A DNA stretch of 63,574 nt, filler included, from Rhabdomonas costata (GCA_019059605.1; 36 parts of 36 records of this genome joined end to end with filler, not necessarily neighbours in it), one strand, 5' to 3'. Numbered from the whole stretch's first letter, positions 10,667-24,783 are shown. Notes: generated from the letters alone by a model not told the origin. A program made the numbers and translations.

Positions 10667-12161
10667 CTGGGGGGCACGCTCGGGGCTGCACCGCGGAGGT
10701 GCCGTCGGGGCAGTAGAAGCCCGCGGGGCAGACCAGGCAGACGCTGATCGTCGTCGCCCCCACCACTCCAGAATACGTCCCCGCGGGGCACGGCACAGGG
10801 GCAGGCGAGCCCGCTGGGCAGTAGAAGCCCTGCGGGCACTTCAAGGTCTCGTCCACGATAGCCGTGCCTTGGGGGCAGTAGTACCTCTGAAAGAAAACCA
10901 TTTTTCAGACCGCGCCTGATGGAGAACGAACACACATCCACACTATTTTGAGGCGAAACAACGGGAGCTTCCGTCGCATGGAAAAAACCCGACACACTCC
11001 CACACAATGCACTGTTTTGAACGGCTGGACGCGCTGAAGGGCGTCTGAAGCTGGCCCATGTTTCACGAAAATGTCTTACATGCATGTCTGTCCCACACGC
11101 GGCCCCACATGGATTTCTTGGTGCAATGAGCGTGCAACCGCTCCAAAGTCACCTGACACGTCCAACAAAACATATCACCACAGGGCAAAAAGAGAAAAAG
11201 CCGGCGTCAGAAGAAAAGGTGAAGAAAGACAGCTGGAAACCAAAATCGGGGCAGAACTGGCGCTCCGGAGAGCGGGGGGAGGGCACACCGGAGGGCACTG
11301 GGTGCAAGCCTGGCCAACCGACTGCCCATTGGTGGTGTTCCCGTAAGTCCCAGCAGGGCACTTGACCGGCACAACGCTGGCGATTGGGCAGTAACTCCCT
11401 GAAGTGGAGTACGGTTAAATCTGTCCTTACGTCATCATTTGTCAAGACCGCACACAAGCTACCTTGACGCGGAACCCCATGCGAAGTAAATCTCGTGAAC
11501 ATAGGCGCCTACTGCTTTCAAAAAAGTATTTTTTACACGCACACTGCCCAAAGAACTTTCGCTCCGTTCCTCTAACGTCGGGATTGCACCAGCCCTTTTC
11601 AGCTGATGAGAGTAATCCTATCGGCTATTAAACCCCATTTCTGTCTGGCCGCACTCATGTTGAGGTTTTTGCTCGCAAAAACACGCAAGACCGCAAGACT
11701 GAGTCTGGATGGTACTATTAAGAATGGTCATCTCCTGCCTCCCGCCCCGCCCGCGAAACAAGGAGGACACGTGCGGTGAGAACACCTGGAATGGGGAGGG
11801 TTTCCATTTCAGCACTACTCCACCGTGTCTCCGCTTGTCCCTCATTTCCCCAATTGTTAGTTTACGGAAGTCTAGGGATCCTCCTGGAACACGGAATGCA
11901 CCCAGAGATGGCTCATCACACATCACACATCAACAAGCACGCATGCACGCACGCACGCATACACACACGCACACACACAGCGGGATTGACGGGATTGACG
12001 GGATTGACATGTACATCCGCAGGAGAGGGCAGGTTGCAACCTTGAGGACACTCATAGCCTGCAGGGGTGGGCGATGTGCTGCCAACAGGGCACAGCCACC
12101 CCGCGGGACACGGGTCGCACACGACACTGTAGTTATAGGACCAGTACCCTGCAGGACAGAC
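10667..12161 (-). CDS. Cys-rich surface protein with Ephrin_rec_like/GCC2_GCC3-type repeats; exons 12161-12041, 11398-11289, 10886-10667
   Basis: Repeated CPAG(F/Y/T)YCP and CxxCP units. Canonical splice sites are in phase. Confidence 0.85.
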
Positions 12162-12891
12162 CTGAGGGGCAGAAAAGAACGAGGAGAATTTACAACAAAG
12201 AGGCACAACGCGCGGCACAAGCCCCAGCGAAAAACACTGCTCGCCAGAGAACAGAGGAAAGATCGCTGAGTGAAAGCCACCAACACANNNNNNNNNNNNN
12301 NNNNNNNNNNNNNNNNNNNNNNNNNNNNNNNTTAATTAATTAANNNNNNNNNNNNNNNNNNNNNNNNNNNNNNNNNNNNNNNNNNNNGTTGGTGGGGGCT
12401 GCTTATATCTAGTGTACAGCGCAGTTGCGGGGGGTTTTTCGTCTTCTTGGGGCGGGCCATGTTGCCGCGGCTGCGCCGCCTTGGCTCGCTCGCGGTGATG
12501 GTGGCGTCCCGCGAGGTTCTTTCTTCCATCCATTTCTTTTCCTTTTTTTTTGAGTTGTTGTTTTCCCCGCAGGCTGTGTATATGTCACTCTCCTCCTCCT
12601 CCTCCTTTCCGTCATTCTCCTCGTCCGTCCCTCCTTCTCACGTTTGGCTGCTGGATCCAACCTTGAGCTTCTTATTTTTTCTGCAGTGTCGCGCGTACTC
12701 GCCTTGCCGCCACTACGGTGGTAAACACTCTTCCGTTCAGGGCGCGCGCGGCAAAGCAACGTCAATTTTTTCATGTATCAGAAACTGGTTCATGTGAAGC
12801 GCGAAGACGCGAGCGGCTTCAAAGAAAAGAGACATTGCGAGGATTTTCCGCGCCGTGGACTTTCACTTGTTGCAAACATCGCCAAACTGAC

Positions 12892-14053
12892 GTCACCTGA
12901 GGAAGCTCCATGTGGATGTGCGTGTCCCCGGCCAGCAGCCGCTCTGACGCGAACTTGGGGTACAGCGCGGAGACCAGGTTCTCAAAGCTCTCCTGAAAAA
13001 GACCCCAGCCACACCCCCAAAAAGCCGCATCAGACATCAGACTACGCGGAAAGTCCCTCAGACAACCCACAAAAACGCAAACCGTCAACAATCCTGACGA
13101 AAAATGCCAGAGACGAAAACAACTCTCACTGCAAAAAACAAGGCCAGCAGCTCTCAAAACCTTCTGCTCTAGCACAGCCTGCTTGCTCCGCTCCCACGTC
13201 TCCTCGATGCTCGACAGCAGACGCCGCGCCGCAAGGTGCAAGATGACGCAGCCCCCGACAACGAGCGCAAGCGCCGCGAACACAAGGATGATCATACGGA
13301 TCAACATAGGACCCTCCACCTCGCTGCGGTCCACCTTGAACACAACCCCAGCCGAAAGCGCCGTAATGTGACCGTATGCGCTCAGCACCTTCACCCCGCG
13401 GTAGTCTGACCCGCTCTGCAGCCCACTGCCCCCGCTCACCGCGGCCCACAATGCCTCAAAGAATACAGAGCCTCCGCCGCAGTTCTCCCCACATCGCCGC
13501 AGGTCGGTCAGGATCTTCACCGCGGTCAGGTCGGCCGAGGAGGTTAGGGCAGTCTTCCTGCCCACCACCAGCTCCAGGGAGCCCGTCTGCTGCAGGTTGA
13601 AGCTGTTGGCATAGGCCACAGTCTGATTCAGGCTATTCTCATGGATCTCCGCGATGTCCTGCTTCAGCAGCAGCCCTGCGCCGTGAAGAAGCAGAGGAAC
13701 AAGCAGAACTACGAGCGGCAGGACAGTCAACTGACATTCATTAAAACCAAGTTTGCAATGGATTGAAAGAAACATACCTACGTCCAGGTCCGGCACACAC
13801 GCGAAGCTCACAAGCGTCTCCACCCCGCGGTAGTCAGTGAACACCCCCGAGCCCTCCTGGCACCGCACACTGGCGTTGTACATCGCGGAGTCATACCGGC
13901 ACGACCCCGATGGGCACCCGTAGCGGCGGTCCGTGAGATATTGGTAAGTCACCGTACCGTTGACCACGGTGCTCTGGCCCAGCAGAAACTCTGTTGTGCC
14001 TGGAAGTTGCCTGTTAATCTCCGAGCTGGAGCTGGAGAGTGGACCAATCATCA
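12892..14053 (-). CDS. Receptor-type class III adenylate/guanylate cyclase: Cache-like extracellular domains, TM helix and start of the cyclase domain (partial)
   Basis: Two DYRGVxxLxxF/Y Cache-type motifs, TM segment MIILVFAALALVVGGCVIL, then ESFENLVSALYPKFASERL (pre-cyclase helix). Two stop-free in-frame GT-AG introns inflate the 410-aa ORF. Confidence 0.75.
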
Positions 14054-14499
14054 NNNNNNNNNNNNNNNNNNNNNNNNNNNNNNNNNNNNNNNNNNNNTTA
14101 ATTAATTAANNNNNNNNNNNNNNNNNNNNNNNNNNNNNNNNNNNNNNNNNNNNTTGTTGGGAGATTTCCGTGAAGGATTAGCTCTAAGAGAAAATGGAAA
14201 GTTACTCGATTAGAAGGAAGAGGAAGGGGAATCACCCCTTGCTATACAAGCGATATCTAACGAATACAAACACAAATTCAAAATCATAGCAATCGTAGCT
14301 TCCTGGGTCAGCTTGTTCAAAAGGTTTTTATGCAGAGGTGTGCTGTTTTAGGATTGTTAACGCATAGCTTAGCCCAGCGTTGCTAAGTTGCGTGTGTGTG
14401 TGTGTGTGTGTGCCTGATGCAGGCAGGGTGCCTGTTTTCGCGCTGCCACGGGTGAGCGTCCACAGTTTTGTTCATTATTGCATGTGTCTGTCATTGCTG

Positions 14500-15452
14500 C
14501 TTTGAAAAGTGTCTCAGCAGACGGGAATGATTGAGAATGCCAAAGATGGGTGCTCAGGGCTGCATCCGCCGTTCTGCTGTGGCGTTCTCTGTGATGGAGG
14601 TACATATTTTGTGCATTCTTGAGTGAGATGATCGACGACTCTCCATATTTGATTCTTCTTTCCAGTGGAGCGTCGTCTGGAACCTCGTGGGCATTCTATC
14701 CTGGCGGCAGTGAAATTGCTTGATCGCTTTTTCGACCCGAATTCCTCTGTGAAGCACTGGTCCTTCACTCTTTTGGTCATTTTAGGGCAACGACAACTGC
14801 TCTGTTCTGGGTCCCTCGACGCCTTTGTCCTACAAAGGGATTCCCCGAGGCTGTGACACGGTGACCTTCGCTAACGTCAGCCGGTCGGGAGTCGCCTAGG
14901 AAGGGGCGTTTCCAGGGTGAACTCGACTGAGGTACCTTGCTTCACACACCACTGCACCATGTGCGGCATCCATTTTGATCTTAACACCCGAATTACCGGA
15001 GGCCCCAATTTTCACCCCAATTTTGGGGCAAGGGTCTTTCGCGACCAAGCGCGAATGTTTTTCCTTACTGATGTCTGGGAGCAAGTGAATCCTCCCGGTA
15101 TGCAATCACGAAGCTCGATAGGCGCGCCCATGAGGTGTCAGGGACAGGGTGCCAGCCAGCAAACTGAAGAAGCCCAGCTAGGCTGCTGATCGAGGTTGTT
15201 GTTATTGTTTGCAATAAATGTGGCATTCTTCGTTTCAACTGTTGGCGGGCCGGGCTACGCTGCACGGCGTGGTCGTGGACCACCCCAAGGCACTTGGGAG
15301 CGCTGCGAGATTGATGACCTTCGCTGGACTTGCAATGGGCTCTTCTGTGTGGGCGATCTTCTGGGGAAGCGCGGCGTTGATCGCACTTCGGGTACTCCGC
15401 TGTGATTCACATGGTGAGTAATAGAAAGCTTCTGAAGCCCTTGGCTTGCCAC
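14500..15452 (-). mobile_element. Possible highly degenerate RT/RNase H remnant (DIRS-like?)
   Basis: Broken frames contain weak RT/RH-like words (FVIAYREDSL, KCLGVVHD, HSRTADAALS). Many stops and no splice pattern. Confidence 0.25.
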
Positions 15453-15923
15453 TATCCGAAATCTTAAAGAAGTACTTTTACCCCAAAAACTGTGCGAGAT
15501 TGTCTGCGCTTTCCGTGTTGCTGCTTTTCCGCTGGGATGTTCATGTCACCGCGGTGCATTTTTTTGTTGCGTGGATGGACTTCTGATTTTCAGGGCGCTC
15601 TCTGCACTTATGTCTGATTGCACCAGCTGAGCGCCTAAGTTCGTCGCGTTCAAACACCTTACTATTATTACCATTGGCTCCATAGATTAACGGGACAAAA
15701 GCACCCATAAATCCTCCCCAAAACCATATTTTGAAAACCTGCAGGAACAGCCCTTATTGCAGGCACCGAGAACGAACGGTTATAATACGCGCATTCGGCA
15801 TGTAGTTGAACTGACAACACACANNNNNNNNNNNNNNNNNNNNNNNNNNNNNNNNNNNNNNNNNNNNTTAATTAATTAANNNNNNNNNNNNNNNNNNNNN
15901 NNNNNNNNNNNNNNNNNNNNNNN

Positions 15924-16053
15924 AGGTGAGTTGACAGCGCTCACAAAGCGAAAGCTTTGTCGGGAGGGACCACGGAGGGGAGCGGATCGAGTGGGCTACG
16001 CGGGGAAGTCGCAAGAGCCACGTAATTGGTCCGAGCCCGCCGTGCCGTCTAAC
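15924..16053 (-). repeat. Structured dispersed repeat, copy 2
   Basis: About 130 bp matching 7132-7262 with 2 visible substitutions. Confidence 0.9.
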
Positions 16054-16699
16054 ATAAGTGTACCGACGTCAGTCGGGGAACGAACCACTCATTCTTCCTT
16101 CTTCCTCTTCCGGGGTTGGGGTTCGGAGTTCGGAGTCGGAGGAACGAACGTAGGCACCTTAGGGTGGCGGAGGGAGTGACGACTGCATCGCCTCTCTTAC
16201 TCCCTTACTCCTTCACCACACCCGGGGTTGGTTTCGTTGCTTAGGGTCTGGACAGCATCGACATCAGCATGCCGCATCAGCTTAGGGCCTTGACATTGGT
16301 GCGTGACTCTACGCACCAATATCCCACACTCTACGACATCTGGGTTAGGGTCGGTAGCTTTTACCCTTTCATGTTGCATTCTGGGCTCCTCTGGACCATC
16401 CCACCTTCCAACTGACATCGCTGGGTGTGGTTGTGCCATGGACACAGAGCATGACGTGGAGCCTGGCAGCCAGCAGCAGCATCGTACCATCATTTCACGT
16501 GGACAGAAGGGTGATGGTGGTGACCACCATGGTTGTGTGAGGAATGCGGTGAGGTGAGGCCAGTACATCAAGAGAATGGCATCAACGTGCATGTCGGTCT
16601 CGGCAACCTCCACTTCGCATCAACCCTTCCATTGGATCTTGGCATCACCCGGTTGGCATTCCCACGACCAGGGCACCACGCCATGACCACCGATGGCAT

Positions 16700-17400
16700 C
16701 AGAGCGACAATGACATCACGCCATGACCACCACTACACCAATAGGATAACATAACGTACACACAAGGAATACGTAACGGTACCACTACGGGTAGGTGAGT
16801 GGGAAGGAGTAACGCCACCACCGCCTGACACCACCACCGGATGAGAGTAGGGTAGAACACATTCAACGGTAGGCTAACACTCCTTCTACATGAGGTGCTA
16901 CCGTAGGACATGCCAACCACCACCACCACCACGGAGTGAATGGATGGGAACAGGATCCAACCACTATTGCATACCACACTATGCATTGGCAGCATTGCCA
17001 TGGTGACGTTCACCTTACGCCAATCCCAACACCTGGTGTAACACACACACCCAAAGTAGTAGTAAGTGGGTAACTATGCCCCTACGTTCCTACCATGGCA
17101 TGTACGCTACGGTGTTGTGTCTCTGGATACATGGGGTCATGAACGTGTGACAACCTGTGAGGTACGCGCATGACTCGCCCCATGCCAACTCAGCATCACC
17201 TCAGCACCTGCACTTGACCAACCTGTGGCGTTCATGCATAGCCTTAGCTCAACTGTTACCAGCGGACTTCCACGAAGTACTCCACATTCCATTTCCTTGT
17301 TTCCTACGTGGGATCTCAGCTTAATTGTCGTGTGTACTCGTGTTGGTGTCGTTATCCTAGGTCGTAGCTGTTGCGGGTAGTGCCTCTTGCTTGATCTCAC
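16700..17400 (-). pseudogene. Degenerate non-LTR retrotransposon reverse transcriptase remnant
   Basis: TTIKLRSHVGNKEMECGVLRGSPLVTVELRLCM resembles the LINE RT GxxQGxPLSP motif. It is followed by YYFGCV (YLG-like). Interrupted by stops. Confidence 0.4.
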
Positions 17401-18528
17401 AGTCCCCTAGGTCTCCTATCCAATCACCTCCACTCCGCTCGACGAAAGACACAGTACAAGCGCTATAACCCCTGAATCCCTGGGAAGGCCAACAAGTAGA
17501 GATATGGGAAAGCACACACCGATACACTACCAGATACACACACGCACGAACCCCACACCAACGATACCCTCACCACGACACCCTCACCAACCCCCACNNN
17601 NNNNNNNNNNNNNNNNNNNNNNNNNNNNNNNNNNNNNNNNNTTAATTAATTAANNNNNNNNNNNNNNNNNNNNNNNNNNNNNNNNNNNNNNNNNNNNGTG
17701 GGTGGTGAAGCGAAGGCGAACCATCGCTTACCTTTTTCTCGTGTTACCGCCTTCCTTTCCACCTATATTCCGCCTGCTACAGATAAAGGAGATCTCCACC
17801 TGCGAACGCTCGTTTGGCGCCTTGGAAAGGTAGCCTTTTTGTGAGCCAGCAAGAGTAAGGGGTGGAGAAAGAGGAAGTTCAAGAGAGTTTCTAGGGGAGG
17901 GGTGCTTTGTTCAGTGCGCATCTTTAACGACCGATGCGTATCCGCGCCGGACATAAATGCTTCAGCAGATTTCGTGCTTTCGACACCTCTTCCCGTTCAC
18001 AGAAAAGCACACGTGAACAGCAGAACCAAGTTCTTCCGAGCACGCCCTGTTGGAAAATCGAAAAAAGCCCGCCTTTGGTTGCATAACACACAGACTAAGA
18101 AGCTATAGCAGGCTGCATCGTAAACAGAGAGTTTTTTCACCACGGCACAACACAGGATGCCGCAAAGGACCACCGGCATAGATATAGGCCAAATACACTT
18201 CTGTTGTGTCGAAATATCACAGACTAAATTCTCAGTTTTGGAATGTTACAAGCCTTATGATGTATTTAAGGTGTAATCGAAAGTGCATAGCGCTTGAACC
18301 CCTCCGCGCTTCAAGAGATCAGAGAAAGTCGAGACTAAACCACGACACAAAGTAGAGCAAGTGGCAAGGACTAAATAATTTCAACAAGTTTTGTTGTACT
18401 TTTTACTGTTTCCGCCGTTGGGTCCCAAAAGGTCGTTTTTATTGAACAGCCGTCAGAGAAATCAAAATAAAGCTCTGCCTATTTTCGAACGGGGTTCCCC
18501 CATCCCTCCCCGCCCTGCTGTCTTTCAG

Positions 18529-18766
18529 AGGGCTTCGTGCCTTTGTGAGGTACGTGCCTCGGGAGGTGGTGCGGTCGATGCTGAGTGGGCACCTGTCGTG
18601 GGAGCAGCCGATGTCGCGGCAGGAAGTGACGATGTTGTTCATGGACGTCGAGCATTTCTCAGCGCTGTGCGAGCAGCTTTCCCACGCCAACCTGATGGAG
18701 CTGACGTCGGCCTACCTGCTGCAGATGTGTATCGTCATCGAGACCACCCGTGGCATCCTGGACAAG
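18529..18766 (+). CDS. Class III adenylate cyclase catalytic-domain exon
   Basis: RYVPREVVR...EVTMLFMDVEHFSALCE...IETTRGILDK, flanked by TTTCAG and GTTCCG. Confidence 0.9.
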
Positions 18767-20491
18767 GTTCCGGTGCCTTACCAGCTTTCAGGGACACACC
18801 CTCAGGGGCCTTTTCAGTGTCAGGGCCAGTGATCAAGCATTCAGCTCTTTGTGTGCCCAATTACGGCACCCAGGAGTACTTCAGATGAGCATCACAATTG
18901 CGTGAGGTTGAGCTCGTTGGTGTTTTTGTGCCCCCCTCACACACACGCTTCTCCTTTCCGATCCGCCCTCCACAAGCCTGTGGCCCTATTGTCGTTTGTG
19001 GATGGGGGGGAATCGATATTAATTTTGAGTACCCCAGGCTGCACGCATCTTGGGACAGAAGCAGCTATTCTTTTCTTCAAAGTTATTTTTCCGAAAGGTT
19101 TGATATTCTGTTATACCTCCCCGGAAGATCAACCTGTTGAGTTTTGACATTTTCGACTGTTTAACGACGTTGAACGTTTAACGGTATTAAAAGTTTATCG
19201 GCGTTTAACATTTTACGCCCCACCCCCAAAATACAACAGCCCCTCGGAAAGACGGGAGCAGGGAGGAGGGTGCGGGTACGCGAAGCGGGAATTTCCCACT
19301 GATTTCTTTGTATTATTGGGAGCCAGGTTTCCTTTTCTTAGACGGGATTCCCACAAACAAAAACAANNNNNNNNNNNNNNNNNNNNNNNNNNNNNNNNNN
19401 NNNNNNNNNNTTAATTAATTAANNNNNNNNNNNNNNNNNNNNNNNNNNNNNNNNNNNNNNNNNNNNGGGGGGGGTGATGTACTACTGGACTGATGTACGA
19501 ATTACCGCAATGAAGGGAGTCTAGATATCTGAACGACCACTTTTTTTTGTACAATTCATGGGTGGGTCGTTCATCCTTCTTCTTTCTTCGCTTTGCTTTT
19601 GTTTGTGGCGTGCGCGTGCGAATGTCTGCGAAGCCCTTCTTTGTAATTGATTCGCTTGTACTTCTTTCTTTTTGGGGTGCGACCGATGCCACCGATGGGT
19701 GCGACCGTGTGCTGCTAGTTTTTCCCTGTTTCTTTGCCTGTCCTCCCATCCCTCACCCAGGTTCGGCTTCCTCACACAATCACACACAAAGCGTGGGCAC
19801 ATCATACAATCTCTTTCCTGGCCAACCACTGAGCCCGGGTCTACCTTTTCCGACTGCTGTGATACGCGGTGTCCAACTCACGCCTCCTCGTATGGCAAAC
19901 CCGCAGCGTTTGAGTTCTTTCCGCGCTTCCTCGATAGCAGCCCTCTCCTCATGCATGGTTTTCCAGTTTTATGGCACAGCAGGTTCCCTACCCACATCAC
20001 AGATGTGTGGAACCGCATGTGCGGTTGGTCTCGAGAATGGCAGAAGTGTGCGTGTTGTGAGTAGCCGTGGAAACGAGTCACTTGTGTGCGCGTGCAAATG
20101 GTTTGCATTGGCGCAGGCCTTCAGGTCTGGCGAGGGCAGGCGGAGAGGACACTTGTGAGCGGAAAGATTATTGGAAGATTTAGGAGCCCGAGCGGCTCTT
20201 CCCATACTCTTCCCGAGCGGCTCTTCCCGAACCTGGGCAAAGTTCAGCAGATCAGGAGAGCGAGTCCACCGCGGCCGGACTTCCTGCGTTGCCTGACGGT
20301 TGACCCACTCAGTTTTTTTTTTGTGTTCTCAGGCTGACGCATACACATTCTGGTATGAAGTCTGTCCGACGGTCGGATGTGTCTTTGCCCTGTTTCACAG
20401 CGGTTTGCTGCCTGTCAGTGCCCGCACCCCCTGGCAACTTTCTCACGGTAATTCTTTGGCCCCTCCTCACCTCCTTTACTGGCTTCAAAGG

Positions 20492-21108
20492 ATGACTTTT
20501 GCACGTGCGATACTTCGCTTGCTCCTGCTCCACGTTCTCACTGTCTCGGCATCGACAAGGACGTCCCACTGCTGTGCCATAGTCTACATGGTCCACCCAA
20601 ATGAAGCAGGCAACTTGATCGAGAGCGTGAACAGGATGTTCACGTTCTACAACCAGCGGTACCTCCACCCAACGCTTCTCTTTTATGACATCAAGTTGGC
20701 TGGGCAGCTGGCCTCACTGCAAACGACTTTGCAGTCCGCTCTCAAGCCGGAGTGGTTCCGCACCCTCGAGTGGATTCAGGTCCTGCGCTTTGAGGAGGGA
20801 TTGGATTTCTCTCGATTTGTTTACGTCGGTCACAACTTCCGCAACCCCCCCCCCTTCTTTGTTTCAAGGCTGTTCAGGACCGTATCTGTGCATTTTTCCT
20901 GTTGCAGATTCCATGGGACCCTCCGAAAGACGTCCACCGAGAGGATGTTTTGGAGGCTGTACGTCATTGGTTCCCTGACTACACGCTGATGACTCAGTTC
21001 TGGTTTTCCGACATTCTTCACCTGAACGCCACCAAGGGGTTCAACTACTACCTCAGGCTCGACACAGACTCGATGCTGCACTCTGGTTTTCCCGTTGATC
21101 CCTTCCAG
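20492..21108 (+). CDS. Glycosyltransferase family 15 (KRE2/MNT1-like alpha-1,2-mannosyltransferase); exons 20492-20779, 20908-21108
   Basis: Signal-like N-terminus, then AIVYMV...LIESVNRM...YNQRYLHP, YTLMTQFW and FNYYLRLDTDS...DPFQ, matching the GT15 pattern. Confidence 0.8.
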
Positions 21109-23317
21109 GTGAAGAATGTCGGAAAACCACCCCCCNNNNNNNNNNNNNNNNNNNNNNNNNNNNNNNNNNNNNNNNNNNNTTAATTAATTAANNNNNNNNN
21201 NNNNNNNNNNNNNNNNNNNNNNNNNNNNNNNNNNNGGTTTTGGTTTCCTCCAAAAACTTTTTCTCCCACCTTCCCGTGGATGCTCAGAAGCAAAAGTTTT
21301 TGGAGGAAACCGTAACTTTCAAAGTCAGCAACCACAGCTGCGACAAGCAAGCAAACTCCAAACGCGAAACACATTCCGATAGTTTTCCTGGGGAGACCTT
21401 CCTTCTTGCGAGCCCAGCGGCCGGGCTAATGCCCTCCGCGCGGCATGGGTGAAGAATCAGTATTCGATGAACGCAAAGACGAAAAAATAAAAGAGACAAG
21501 GAGGGTCAAAGAGGCAACCAGTTCCGATATACTGTCGGGGGGTGACACTTCACAGAGTGGCTCAGGAAGCTCCGCTGACTTCTTGCAAATCAGTGTGTTA
21601 TGGCGCTTGCGGCGCAGTGCCCCACGGTTCTTAACGTCACGCGATACGAAGAAAGGCTCGCCAAAGTCTGTGGTGCTGCTTCAGCCTCAGGAGACGACCG
21701 GCAGTAAGTTCAGCAGATGCGAGAAACAGAACCCAGACGCCAACACTCACACGCACACCAGGAAGGACCAAAGGAAGTCCCAGTAGGCTTTTTCTCCGTG
21801 GGCTGCGGGGACTTTTGGGATCCTCTCCCTGTGTCAAAATATACAGGGGTGCGCGTTAACGGAGGCAATCCAAATGGACGTGGTGCACAGGCATGGGGAG
21901 AAATGTTGAAGCGCAGGCATCCGGCGTGCAGACGATACAGATGGGTGGGCAAAACCAGAGTTCCTCCTACATCATACGCCCCTGTACTCACAGCGAACTT
22001 CACCAGATACAAACAAAGCGAGAGTGGAGTCTCCCTTCGTCGAGTCTTCGGTTGAACAAAAACGTTTGAATAAATGTCATCGCTCATTCCCTTCTCAGGG
22101 ATAAGGAAGGGTACCTCGTGGACGCTTCCTGGCGAGGGAGCCGTGAGAGAGTTGTGCATCGGCCCACCCTGCGCATAAAAAAAGGCAGCGATACGAAGGA
22201 GCCAGCCCCAGAATAATCACCAGCATCCCGGAAAGATCTCAAAACGTGCAGCATGAAAAATGGATCTGAGGGGCATTCGGAAGGTTAACTTCACAAGTCT
22301 TTTCATTAGGGTGGAAGCTCAAAAATAAAACACGCAAAGCGGTGTCTTCAAAAAATAAACGATAGCACTCCACATTTCTGGAACATACGCCACACTCCCC
22401 ACCAAGGCCGAACGCCATTTTCTTTCCGGGATTTCAATTCCACCCCCATTCTCTGCCGTCCTTCCCGTCATTCTCGCCATGGCACACCGTTGATGACCCC
22501 AGGGCCCCCGGGGAGTGCTTATCAGCCTGTGGCAAGCGGTGTGCACGAGTGCGGTCAAGTCAAAGTAATATCCCGCAAAAAAAAAGGAAAGATCACTGGA
22601 ACTAGGGCTCCCCACACCACCAAAAGTGCAAAGCACTCGTCGTAAACAATGTGAACTCACGCCCATGTCCATACACTTGCGGGAGGAAGCTGCAACTCCC
22701 CTTTCATCAATAGACGCAAAACCACCAAAAATTAATTCGACGTACACGCGCTTTCCCCCCGTTACCCGTTACCCCCATTACAGAAAAAATCCAGGGGTGG
22801 CCAAAATTAAGGGCTACCAACAGAAACCATGTCACCACCGCGCCCGTTAGGCCAAAAAGGTAATCTTACATCCGTCTTCCTCCTCATCCTCCCCACCCAC
22901 ACCCNNNNNNNNNNNNNNNNNNNNNNNNNNNNNNNNNNNNNNNNNNNNTTAATTAATTAANNNNNNNNNNNNNNNNNNNNNNNNNNNNNNNNNNNNNNNN
23001 NNNNGTCCTGTTATAAGTGTGTGCTTGTGACAGGTCCAGCACCCAACAGACGTTTGCAAACATCGTTTCAGGCATTCCCTCAAACTCTGGTCCCCCATGC
23101 TCACGGGAAGCGGGGGGGCTGGAAAGGAGCGCACAGGGTCCTGTTATAAGTGTGTGCTTGTGACAGGTCCAGCACCCAACAGACACACACACACACACAC
23201 ACTCTCTCTCTCTCTCTCTCTGCCTGTGGTTGTACCTCCACCCTTCCACAGCTGTCCTGTGCATCTGTGCTTTGATGTCAGGAAAGAGAAGGAGGAATAA
23301 AGGGGACTGGAGGAAGC

Positions 23318-23538
23318 ACCTGCCAGTCCACGGGGCTGGGCCCCTTGACCAGGATGCAGGCGTAGGGGAAGAGCGTCTGCAGGCTGGGCTGCAGATCCCA
23401 CTGCTCCTTCGCCGCGCGGATCGCCCCGCTGAAGTCAATCTTCGCCTCGTGCGCCAGCTGCGCCTCTAGGGCCGAGGCCAACGCGTCAACGTCGTCCCCC
23501 ATCCTCAACCTGTCCCCCTTTCCTTGCAGCGTGCTCAC
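23318..23538 (-). CDS. Hypothetical protein exon
   Basis: GC-rich coding-like frame (DDVDALASALEAQLAHEAKIDFSGAIRAAKEQWDLQ) ending at a CAG|GTGCTT donor. No family recognised. Confidence 0.4.
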
Positions 23539-24783
23539 AGTTCACTTCCCCCACGGAGTCACACAGATAAAAGGAGGGGCGGAAAGCGGTCGGGTTCGCG
23601 AGCGGGGCGGGAAGCGGAGAAGCGGTGTCGCCCTCCACAATGCCAACCCCCACTGCTGTTGCACCCCACACAGGTAGAGGCAGTGACGGAGCCCTCTTCA
23701 ACGAAGAGAGAAAGAGTAACGGCGGGCTCGGCAGGCCAGGGACGGGACGGCGCTGCCGCAGTGCCCAAGAAGCGGCTGAGACTCCGAAGCACGCCACCAA
23801 AAGGATAGCTTTGCGCAGCAAAGCTCGGGAAAACGACGACAGGCACCAATCAACAAAATCGACAAGATAAACAACGGGAAAAGAGGTTCTCTGTGCCGCA
23901 GCGTCGCGGGGTGGAAAACGCATGCCAAGGGGCCGCACCAAGGGGGGGTGTGCCTTCTCCATTTGGTTCCAGTTGACTCTGTTCGACTTGGGTTTCTGTT
24001 TCACCAAAGTCTCACGAAACAAAAAAAAGACACAAAAAGGACGCAAGCTCATAGTTGCACAGTTCAAACACTCTAAAAAATATTCAAGTGCATCAATAAA
24101 CATTTGCGGCGTTCTGAAAAATGCGCAGTTCCGTGTATCCAGAAAACGGCTGTTTCCGACCCCAACTGCACAACTGCAGTCAAGACACAAACACATTTAT
24201 CACTTTCTCACTCCACACAAATTCTAGCAATCATTAACCATTTTTCGAGGTGGTTGCCATTCCATTTGTGCCGCCGTTCTGAATTTGAACGGCAAAAAAC
24301 ACACCACCGATGCAGAAGTCTTTTTCAAAAAATTCTCTGAACCAAGAACATCCGCACCGGACAAAAGTGAAGGCGGCTGGCTGCCATAATGGCTGGAAAT
24401 GAACCGCCAAAAATGGTTCTTGGACAGTGGTTCCCTTTGGGGCACAGAGGCACGGATTATGAAAGTTTTGTGGTCCTGCAAACGGAGCCAAGGGATTCCA
24501 CAATAAACGGGATCTCGTCTTAGGCTAAAAAATACCGAATGAAGCACGGACCACCGAATAAGTCAACACGAATTCATCAGTACGCACCAAGCACCGCAAA
24601 TGACAGAGCCCGGTCCAGGGAACCGCGGCGGAGTCCAACTTCGATCCCCCCCCACCTAAACTCACCCAACACANNNNNNNNNNNNNNNNNNNNNNNNNNN
24701 NNNNNNNNNNNNNNNNNTTAATTAATTAANNNNNNNNNNNNNNNNNNNNNNNNNNNNNNNNNNNNNNNNNNNNGGTTTGGTTT

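Noticed and set aside
12819-14051. 410-aa ORF as a single-exon gene
   Set aside because: It contains two stop-free GT-AG introns read through in frame.
21001-21129. 24-bp inverted copy of exon sequence at the GT15 donor, suggesting a structured intron
   Set aside because: It sits at the extreme contig end and is an exact copy, consistent with a template-switch chimera.
23005-23184. 47-bp direct duplication at a contig start (similarly 53069-53090 vs ~53797-53818)
   Set aside because: Exact duplications confined to contig tips. Likely amplification or assembly chimeras.
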